62,006 nt of DNA from a virus (taxonomy: Duplodnaviria > Caudoviricetes): IMG/VR virus record IMGVR_UViG_3300028394_000083, positions 1 to 62,006 of that record; one strand, given 5' to 3'. Of the stretch, positions 18,803-25,849 are shown in pieces. The first letter of the stretch is position 1, and each line of letters starts with the position of its first letter. The translations under genes were made by a program, and so were the position numbers. The notes beneath the pieces were generated by a model. It had not been told where the DNA came from, ran no database searches, and was given only the letters and a program-made list of their open reading frames with translations.

Positions 18803-18874
18803 GGACCTATGGCCGAGAGATTTAGGTGCCGGTCTGCAAAACCGGTTAGATTGGTTTGATTCCAATTAGGTCCT
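18803..18874 (+). tRNA. tRNA-Cys(GCA)
   Basis: ccggt-ctgcaaa-accgg. Confidence 0.9.
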
Positions 18875-18883
18875 CAATAAAAT

Positions 18884-18964
18884 GCCTTCGTGGTGGAATG
18901 GTAGACACATCCGGCTTAGACCCGGATTCCGAAAGGAGTGAGAGTTCGAGTCTCTCCGAAGGTA
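18884..18964 (+). tRNA. tRNA-Leu(TAG)
   Basis: tccgg-cttagac-ccgga; variable arm present. Confidence 0.9.
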
Positions 18965-18975
18965 CAAAAAAGATT

Positions 18976-19014
18976 AATCCGTTATATGTTGTGAAACATT
19001 TGACGGATTTTTTT
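18976..19014 (+). terminator. terminator ending tRNA array 1
   Basis: aatccgtt...gacggatt followed by a T run. Confidence 0.65.
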
Positions 19015-19049
19015 ATATATTGATATATTTATATATAAAATAAAAAATT

Positions 19050-19556
19050 ATGAGAAAAATTATTAAATTAACAGAATCAGATTTAACAAGGATTGTTAAA
19101 CGTGTAATGAATGAAGGTGGGTACGCATCTATTGAAAAAGAAATGAAAACAAGCAGAATGGCATCTAAAGGGGTTACAGGTCTTTTTGGAATGATTGGTA
19201 AACTAATGATTGGGTTTGGTAAATTGAAAACAATGTTAAAAGGAGATTCATTTGAACATGCACAATATGAAATTGCTAGTGAATTAATGGATGATTGTTT
19301 AGATCTTAGAGAAACTTTGAGTATTTTAAAACAATTGGTTTCTTCATTTGAAAAAAGAGATATGAAATTACACAAAAGTGATTTTGAAGATTATGGTATT
19401 GATCTTGAATTTTTGTTAAATAGTTTAGAAAAAATCTACGATAAAGTTAGAGAGTTAGAAGAAATGGCTGAAGACGACGCAACAATAAAAAATCTTGGAG
19501 TGTTAGAAAGATCGTTGGATAAAATAGTAGATTTACTTGATAGTATTGAAGACTAA
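19050..19556 (+). CDS. leader-bearing hypothetical protein
   Basis: MRKIIKLTESDLTRIVKRVMNE; TATTTAT at 19026. Confidence 0.8.
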   Translation: MRKIIKLTESDLTRIVKRVMNEGGYASIEKEMKTSRMASKGVTGLFGMIGKLMIGFGKLKTMLKGDSFEHAQYEIASELMDDCLDLRETLSILKQLVSSFEKRDMKLHKSDFEDYGIDLEFLLNSLEKIYDKVRELEEMAEDDATIKNLGVLERSLDKIVDLLDSIED

Positions 19557-19567
19557 AATAAAATATT

Positions 19568-20023
19568 ATGAATAGAAGTTTCAGTAAAATAAGACACATC
19601 CAAGAATCCAATCTTAGATTAGAAAAAAGACTATTAAAAGAAGAGACTGATGAATTAAAAGATGATAAGTTGCAACAGATTATTGACATGGACCAAGAGT
19701 TTGATAACGACCCAACCTATAAAAGATACGAAAAGGTTTATACCAATAATAAATTAATGGGTATGATGAAAACTAGAATGGGTATGAGTTTAGATGATAT
19801 GGATGAAGACCAACTACTATCAATGCTCAAAACGGTTACATCGATGATGGGTGGTCGTGAAAAGAAAGAAAAACCTGAAATGACTCGTGAAATGATACTT
19901 AATCGTAAAGAAAGTATAATGGATATTGTAAGTCAGATAGAAGAAATGGCCGTTGAGGACAATGAGTTTGAATTGGCATCAAAATTAAGGGATTATAATA
20001 ATTTACTACAAAATTATAATTAA
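19568..20023 (+). CDS. leader-bearing protein with C-terminal UVR-like helix pair
   Basis: ...ESNLRLEKRLLKEE start; MAVEDNEFELASKLRD. Confidence 0.75.
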   Translation: MNRSFSKIRHIQESNLRLEKRLLKEETDELKDDKLQQIIDMDQEFDNDPTYKRYEKVYTNNKLMGMMKTRMGMSLDDMDEDQLLSMLKTVTSMMGGREKKEKPEMTREMILNRKESIMDIVSQIEEMAVEDNEFELASKLRDYNNLLQNYN

Positions 20024-20041
20024 TAAAATAAAAACAAAATT

Positions 20042-20305
20042 ATGAATAGATTAACAGAAAGAGACTTGTCAAGAATTGTTAGACAAGTTATTAAAGAAGA
20101 CAAAGATAAAAAAACTATGAATGACATACCTGATAGTTTTTTTAAAAGTTTTTTATCAAAAACTAGTGATATAATGACAAGTGAGGAGTTTTCTGAAATT
20201 GAAGATATTTTAGGAAAGAGAGTTGGTGCTAATGGTCAAGGTATGGGAGATGTTTTTGAAAAAATATTCATAGAAGCAAGAACAAGAACAAGAAGAAGAG
20301 ATTAA
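20042..20305 (+). CDS. leader-bearing hypothetical protein
   Basis: MNRLTERDLSRIVRQVIKE. Confidence 0.78.
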   Translation: MNRLTERDLSRIVRQVIKEDKDKKTMNDIPDSFFKSFLSKTSDIMTSEEFSEIEDILGKRVGANGQGMGDVFEKIFIEARTRTRRRD

Positions 20306-20306
20306 T

Positions 20307-20645
20307 ATGAAAAAAATAGTAAGACTAACAGAATCACAATTGATTAATGTGATTGAAAAAGTAATTAAAGAAGGGTCAATAGATAAATCAACAAAAGAAA
20401 AAGATCTTGATGTTAAAATGGAAAATATTAGAGATAAGATCAAAAATTTTATTAAATCAAAAGACTGTAAAGTAAAACAAGTTGGGACCGATTTTGAGAT
20501 ACATTGCGATGGAGAACATGTAGGACAAGTTATGTTTAGAAGAAATGCAATCACAATCAAAAAAGAAGGTAATAAATTCGGAAAAGATTTTAAATTCAAC
20601 GAAATGGGTGAAATTAAATCCGAACTTTCAAAAATTATTAAATAA
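20307..20645 (+). CDS. leader-bearing hypothetical protein
   Basis: MKKIVRLTESQLINVIEKVIKE. Confidence 0.78.
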   Translation: MKKIVRLTESQLINVIEKVIKEGSIDKSTKEKDLDVKMENIRDKIKNFIKSKDCKVKQVGTDFEIHCDGEHVGQVMFRRNAITIKKEGNKFGKDFKFNEMGEIKSELSKIIK

Positions 20646-20701
20646 AACTTGACACTTTTAAAAAGTATCATATATTTATAACAAAACAAATAAAAACGCA
20701 A

Positions 20702-20776
20702 ATGAAAAATTTACATATCATACTATTAGGCGGATTGGCGATAGCTGAGGATCGTTCCTTTAGGGAGGTGGTATGA
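20702..20776 (+). CDS. putative attenuator leader peptide 2 (24 aa)
   Basis: MKNLHIILLGGLAIAEDRSFREVV; TATTTAT at 20673; 3' end complementary to the terminator 5' arm. Confidence 0.75.
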   Translation: MKNLHIILLGGLAIAEDRSFREVV

Positions 20777-20800
20777 TAATTTAATACATAATAAATTTTG

Positions 20801-20831
20801 AAACCCATCTCCAAAAGAGGTGGGTTTTTTT
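20801..20831 (+). terminator. attenuator terminator upstream of tRNA array 2
   Basis: aaacccatctc-caaaa-gaggtgggttt with T run, then boxA at 20832. Confidence 0.88.
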
Positions 20832-20917
20832 GTTCTTTGAAATATTGGTGGAAAAAAGTTTAAAAAAGATTTGGCAGATCAAAATAGATTACATATCTTT
20901 GTAGAAATAAAAAACAT

Positions 20918-21271
20918 ATGGGGATTTATATCTATACTTACAAGAAAAAATTTGATAAAAACGCAACACTCAATGGTGAGAAGGTTGTTGTTGGAGTGGC
21001 GACATTTCTTTGCAAATCAACTATGGGTGGTAACTACACACCGGCTGAGAATCGTGAGATGAATAGAGCATGGAATCTTACAAAGGATTTCCAACCTGAG
21101 TATATCACGTTTGATGGTGAGAACGTATACAAAAACAACAAGTTCGGTATGTGGAATGATGGTTCAGGTTTTTATGGTGGTATTAATCACGAAAATGATT
21201 TTGTTGGGGTATTAAAAAAAATAGGTAGAAAATATGTTGTAAAAAATCTTACAAAAGTTTTGGCAAATTAA
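20918..21271 (+). CDS. hypothetical protein with own host-type promoter
   Basis: TATCTTTG at 20894. Confidence 0.75.
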   Translation: MGIYIYTYKKKFDKNATLNGEKVVVGVATFLCKSTMGGNYTPAENREMNRAWNLTKDFQPEYITFDGENVYKNNKFGMWNDGSGFYGGINHENDFVGVLKKIGRKYVVKNLTKVLAN

Positions 21272-21322
21272 AAGAGATTACATATCTTTGTAAGACAAAT
21301 AAGGAAAAAAGGTTCTTTGAAA
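21258..21322 (+). promoter_or_regulatory. host-type promoter plus boxA
   Basis: TTTG...TATCTTTG (21283), then GTTCTTTGAAA (21312). Confidence 0.7.
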
Positions 21323-21434
21323 TATTAAAAATATGTGGTTGTAAGAAACGGGAAACTCGTAAAGTGCATTAACCTGTTGACTCAAGATGGTGAAACGAGA
21401 GTTTGAGTCAACTACTAAACTACAAATGGTATAT

Positions 21435-21506
21435 CGCAGGATAGAGCAGTGGTAGCTCGCAAGGCTCATAACCTTGAGGTCGGAGGTTCGAACCCTTCTC
21501 CTGCAA
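21435..21506 (+). tRNA. tRNA-fMet(CAT)
   Basis: C1:A72 mismatch; caagg-ctcataa-ccttg. Confidence 0.9.
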
Positions 21507-21589
21507 CAACTAATAGCCAACCAAGCTTTACTACGATACGGGTAATACCTGTGGGTTAGGGGTGACGGTCAGGAGAGACTGACGATTAC

Positions 21590-21670
21590 GCTGACGTACC
21601 GGTGGATGCTTATATCATCTATGCCCGTAGAGGAAAGTTTTAAACGTTGGTTCGAGTCCAACCGTCAGTA
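21590..21670 (+). tRNA. atypical tRNA-Ile(TAT): no D arm, long variable region
   Basis: Acceptor gctgacg/cgtcagt; tggatg-cttatat-catcta; T arm gttgg-ttcgagt-ccaac. Confidence 0.6.
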
Positions 21671-21886
21671 CGGGAGTGTATACAGTAGAGTTCAACTTGA
21701 GAAGGATGTTAACACACTTAAAAGGGGGTAACAAGAGATCAGGTCGTTTAGTAGTTTTGACGAGAAAAACTGACGTTTTGTGGAGATAGTTTGTCGGACA
21801 AACTTACACCCGTGATGTTAGTAGGTTTGATCACCTCATTCACGTAAACAGTGACGAAACAAATCCCAACGAAGTAGTCACACTTT

Positions 21887-21958
21887 GCAGGTATCGTATA
21901 ATGGTTATTACTCCAGACTTCCAATTTGGAGATGAGTGTTCGATTCATTCTACCTGCA
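21887..21958 (+). tRNA. tRNA-Gly(TCC)
   Basis: ccaga-cttccaa-tttgg. Confidence 0.88.
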
Positions 21959-22053
21959 CGATGAGTAATATCCTATTGGTTATTTTTTTTAATATTTAAC
22001 TAAAAGTTTTGGTTATAAACTGATTTTTAACTCATTTCCAGATATTTATATAT

Positions 22054-22881
22054 ATGAGATGGGATAAAAATAAAGAAGAAATTTTGAAGAAATTAATTTC
22101 AGATGGTAAAACATATAAAGAAATTAGTGAAATAATGGTTACCACATTTAGATCTATAACTAATAAATGTCTTAGGCTAGGTATTAAAAGTAAGAAAGTA
22201 GAATCTAATGAGATTGTTAATTGCAATAACTGCGGTAAAAGTTTTATATCATATAAAAGAGATAATAGAAAATTTTGTAATTATAGTTGCAGTGCTCAGT
22301 TTAATAATACCGGTAGAGTTTTATCCAATGAAACTAAAAATAAAATCACTGATGGTGTAAAAAAATATAATAAAGAAAATAACATTGAAAAAGAAAGGTC
22401 AAGTTGCTTGACTTGTGGTAAAAAAGTTAATAAACCACACAACATATATTGTTCTCGTGAATGTAAAGACAAATGCCCAATTTATAAAGAAAAATTGAGT
22501 AAAAATATGAGGGATAAATTTAAATTAAATCCTGAATTACATCCGAATAGGTTGTGTGCTGGAATTAAGGAGTCTTACCCCGAACAATTTTTTAGGGAGT
22601 TTTTAGAAAAAAATGGACTTGTAAAAAATTTAGATTTTATACAACAATATAAAATTAGTTTATATTACGTTGATTTCTTTTTTCCGAAATTGAATCTATG
22701 TGTTGAAATTGATGGTGAAAGATTTCACGATGAGAAAAATGTTAAGGAAATTTTAAGAGAAAAGTACATAAAAGAAAAATACGAACTTAAAAGATATAAA
22801 GTTAAAATTTTACTAAAAAAAGAATATGAAAATGATATTTTATATATCATTAATAATGTAAAAAAAGATTTGGTAGATTGA
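22054..22881 (+). CDS. DUF559/Vsr-like homing endonuclease with Zn fingers
   Basis: ESYPE...YVDFFF...VEIDGERFH. Confidence 0.8.
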   Translation: MRWDKNKEEILKKLISDGKTYKEISEIMVTTFRSITNKCLRLGIKSKKVESNEIVNCNNCGKSFISYKRDNRKFCNYSCSAQFNNTGRVLSNETKNKITDGVKKYNKENNIEKERSSCLTCGKKVNKPHNIYCSRECKDKCPIYKEKLSKNMRDKFKLNPELHPNRLCAGIKESYPEQFFREFLEKNGLVKNLDFIQQYKISLYYVDFFFPKLNLCVEIDGERFHDEKNVKEILREKYIKEKYELKRYKVKILLKKEYENDILYIINNVKKDLVD

Positions 22882-22904
22882 AATAAAATACCTATCTTTG
22901 TATT

Positions 22905-23085
22905 ACAAATAAACCTTACAGAAGTCCGAATAGCGCGGATGAAAGGAACCTTGGCTCTCATAGGATCGCAACCTTTACGGAGAGTTTGAATGTCCCAAAG
23001 TACTCTGTTTAGGACCCTGCTCTGATGTGCACGTCAACAGGTGATGGGGAACAAACCATCAGTAAAATCCGTAAAAACGTTTTAT
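22905..23085 (+). ncRNA. unidentified ncRNA candidate
   Basis: GC-richer non-coding tract with hairpins after the TATCTTTG promoter at 22893. Confidence 0.4.
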
Positions 23086-23092
23086 TTTTTAT

Positions 23093-23162
23093 GGGCCTGA
23101 TGCCGACGGCAGGCTGACTGATTTGCGATCAGATCATTTGGGTTCGATTCCCACAGTGTCCA
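23093..23162 (+). tRNA. tRNA-Ala(TGC), atypical
   Basis: G3:U70 pair; ctga-tttgcga-tcag; bulged acceptor, tiny D loop. Confidence 0.7.
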
Positions 23163-23234
23163 CAAAAAAAGTTTGAAAAAGATTTGGCAGATTGAAATAG
23201 ATTACATATCTTTGTAGAACAAAAATAAAGAACT

Positions 23235-23516
23235 ATGACAAACACAGAGACAATTAAAACCGTAGGTTTAAAAATTACAAAAATTGAAGGATACGATTAT
23301 TGTTTGACAGGGTACCCAAACAAAAACACAATCCGTAATTGGGAAGATGCGTATGAGTTTGAAAGTTTTGTACAAGATGTTTTAAAGATTGAAGGTGAGT
23401 TTGATTCTGAAAGTGGTCAGTTCTACGTGTACTTCAAAACTAAACAAAAGGCAACTGCCGCTTTGAATAAGATTGAAAAACATTTCAAAAAAGTTGGTGA
23501 AATGTTAGGTTTGTAA
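23235..23516 (+). CDS. hypothetical protein with own host-type promoter
   Basis: TATCTTTG at 23207. Confidence 0.75.
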   Translation: MTNTETIKTVGLKITKIEGYDYCLTGYPNKNTIRNWEDAYEFESFVQDVLKIEGEFDSESGQFYVYFKTKQKATAALNKIEKHFKKVGEMLGL

Positions 23517-23524
23517 GAGTTAAT

Positions 23525-23598
23525 CGCCCGTTGGACAAGTGATTGAAGTCGCTTCCCTTTCACGGAAGAGATCATGGGTTTGAATCCCATACGGGTGA
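23525..23598 (+). tRNA. tRNA-Glu(TTC)
   Basis: cttcc-ctttcac-ggaag. Confidence 0.9.
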
Positions 23599-23599
23599 C

Positions 23600-23810
23600 A
23601 ATGAGTGAGAGATACTCAAGATGTTTTTAAGTTCATACAAAACTTAACGGAGCTGGTACTATCCACGTTAAGGGGTACTCTTTGGGAATCAGGCTGGAAG
23701 ATCCTCCTCGCCCCCAAGTAAGGGTTGACTTTTAAGTGGTAAGACACGTTGGGTTTTCAAATAGAAAAACTGTGAATATCTACTCACCATTAATCTCAGG
23801 TGGGGAAACT
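23600..23810 (+). ncRNA. unidentified ncRNA candidate
   Basis: Non-coding tract between tRNA-Glu and tRNA-Asp; ends in taatctcaggt like the large ncRNA. Confidence 0.45.
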
Positions 23811-23812
23811 TT

Positions 23813-23883
23813 GGTCCATTGGTGAAATATTATCATATCTGACTGTCTATCAGAAGTCCTCGGAGAGTAACCGGGATGAACCG
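23813..23883 (+). tRNA. tRNA-Asp(GTC)
   Basis: tctga-ctgtcta-tcaga; divergent T loop. Confidence 0.8.
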
Positions 23884-23905
23884 CACAAAGTGTTCTTTTA
23901 AAATA

Positions 23906-24046
23906 TTGATAGTGGTTTTCCCCACCTCAACGGATGTCGACAATCCAGAGTGGATCAGGAATTCATCACCCTTTCTGCCGGGGCCCTGATAAAAGTCAGA
24001 AGAAGCAGTTAAGATTGGAGCGAGAAGGGTACTCCATCACTATCAA
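23906..24046 (+). ncRNA. unidentified structured ncRNA
   Basis: 9-bp closing stem ttgatagtg/cactatcaa; shares cctgataaa(a)gtca with 16902-17074. Confidence 0.55.
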
Positions 24047-24053
24047 AATATTT

Positions 24054-24168
24054 AGTCAGGTGGCGGAATGGTAGACGCTAAGAAAGAGATGAACTTTGTA
24101 TCTAAGTGTAAACACATGATGATACGCTAAAGCATAATCTCATACAGGTTCGAGTCCTGTCCTGACTA
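24054..24168 (+). ncRNA. tRNA-Leu-like shell with ~60-nt insert replacing the anticodon and variable arms
   Basis: agtcaggtggcggaatggtagacgc ... acaggttcgagtcctgtcctgacta. Confidence 0.7.
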
Positions 24169-24204
24169 CGTGGGAAAGATCTATCCCGAAAACAGAACAT
24201 GGAT

Positions 24205-24305
24205 CACAAACACGTAAACCTAAGTACCTGTACAGCGGTGAGTAACGGGCTAAGTTATATACAATTCCTCGGAGCTGGGAGTAGAATGCTTAGGAGCGTG
24301 TTTTT
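24205..24305 (+). ncRNA. unidentified structured RNA candidate
   Basis: Nested stems aaacacg/cgtgttt and cctaagta/tgcttagg. Confidence 0.45.
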
Positions 24306-24394
24306 AAAATATAAAAAACTATGACACCATTATTGTTTCTATTATTTATTATGTTTATCTTTTTAGTAAGAAAACGAAGATAAAATTATTGGTT

Positions 24395-24510
24395 GGTCAG
24401 GAGTGTAATGAGGCACGGTGCCGAGTCCCCAAGACCAATAGTCCCAGACACTTGTGGGTTCTATGGAGTCGTAAGGTTGCTCATTGTGGGTTCGACTCCC
24501 ACCCTGACAA
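24395..24510 (+). ncRNA. tRNA-like shell with long insert
   Basis: gtcagg/cctgac acceptor, D arm, perfect T arm gtggg-ttcgact-cccac, ~65-nt insert. Confidence 0.6.
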
Positions 24511-24549
24511 CACTTGACATTATTAAATTAATGCCTTATTATTATACAA

Positions 24550-24623
24550 AACCGGGTAGCTCAGCTGGTAGAGCAATCCTTTTTAAACAGGACGTGTCAT
24601 TGGTTCAATCCCTTTCCCGGTTT
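24550..24623 (+). pseudogene. degenerate tRNA (anticodon unclear)
   Basis: Good acceptor and D arm; 8-nt anticodon loop; broken T stem. Confidence 0.55.
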
Positions 24624-24647
24624 TTTTATTTATAAAATTAAAATATT

Positions 24648-24854
24648 ATGAAAAAGTTTCTTTTATTGGTTTTGTCTTATGTTCTGTCATTCAGTATTGT
24701 TTGGATTGGTTTGGGGTTGTTCAAATACTATTTGGAATCAGAATCATCAATCGGAACTTTTTTAATTGGATTAGTTGGTTTTTTCGTTGCCATTAATCCC
24801 GCGATGGATGTTTGGGAAAAATTATTCAAACGCTGGTTTAAAATCAAAGAATAA
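24648..24854 (+). CDS. small two-TM membrane protein
   Basis: Two hydrophobic segments. Confidence 0.65.
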   Translation: MKKFLLLVLSYVLSFSIVWIGLGLFKYYLESESSIGTFLIGLVGFFVAINPAMDVWEKLFKRWFKIKE

Positions 24855-25011
24855 TAATTTAATAGTATGATCCACTCAAGAGGAGTGTTGGAACGGAGTT
24901 TGTTAATCTATTTATTAAAAAAAACATTATGGAAGTAATTATCGCATGTTTAGTACCGATCGCGTTGATAGGTATTATGGTAGTATCTTATTTGACCTAC
25001 AAGGGGAGATA

Positions 25012-25035
25012 AAAAAAGGGACCGAAGTCCCTTTA
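25012..25035. terminator. bidirectional terminator
   Basis: A7-gggac-cgaa-gtccc-ttt between convergent genes. Confidence 0.75.
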
Positions 25036-25037
25036 TG

Positions 25038-25646
25038 TTATTTGATATCTGTTGACTCTATTAGAGTATATGAAAACTTGTTTCCGTGAATTTTAGATGC
25101 CTTCTTACATAAAGACATAAACACATCAAAGTCTTTTACTCTTTTAAATACTTGACAACCCTCACTCCAATTTTCAACCCAAGTTGAGTCTTGACCTGCT
25201 TTGTGAATGTTAATACCAAACATACCCGTATCTTTAAGTATTTCATCAAAAGTAAGATCTTTATTACCGTCTCTCCAAACAGTCACATTACCTAATCTTT
25301 GACAAAGAGCGTCATACTTACCTTGATGTTTATCAATCGCCCATACACTTCTGTACTGACCCGGTACTAATCTAGCAACCCCCTTTTTGTTATGGAATTG
25401 TTGAACCCCTTTTTTACCAGGATCGGTGGTTGCCATCCAACAATAGAATTGTTCTACACCTTTCTCATCTTTAAATGTTAATGTAAGACAATCGTCAAAC
25501 ACATTTGTTACTTTTTTTGCAACTGACGGTGAGTTATTTCTTACCCCTACGATATTCACATCGTAACCTTTGTTTGCGGTATCTTCAAACCATTTATATC
25601 CTTTGGATTTAACTGACGTTTCAATTTGTTCTTTTGTATAACACAT
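25038..25646 (-). CDS. YkuD/L,D-transpeptidase-fold peptidoglycan enzyme
   Basis: GINIHKAG...WSEGCQV (H...S-x-G-C motif). Confidence 0.7.
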   Translation of the reverse strand: MCYTKEQIETSVKSKGYKWFEDTANKGYDVNIVGVRNNSPSVAKKVTNVFDDCLTLTFKDEKGVEQFYCWMATTDPGKKGVQQFHNKKGVARLVPGQYRSVWAIDKHQGKYDALCQRLGNVTVWRDGNKDLTFDEILKDTGMFGINIHKAGQDSTWVENWSEGCQVFKRVKDFDVFMSLCKKASKIHGNKFSYTLIESTDIK

Positions 25647-25849
25647 AATAATTAATTTTACTATAAATATTATCTATTTTGAAAAGTAAAACATATTTAT
25701 TAAGTAAAGATTATATATGTCTAGTTGGGTTGAGTTAGGTGTTGATTATACAAAAAATAAAACACAATTAGACGATGATGTGATAAATAATGTTATGATT
25801 CATGTGTCATCGATAGGTGGAGTTTTAACTAACCACTTAGAACATTAAA

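Noticed and set aside
21810-21875. Possible hammerhead ribozyme (stem followed by cgaaac)
   Set aside because: No CUGAnGA core or stem I in the required position.
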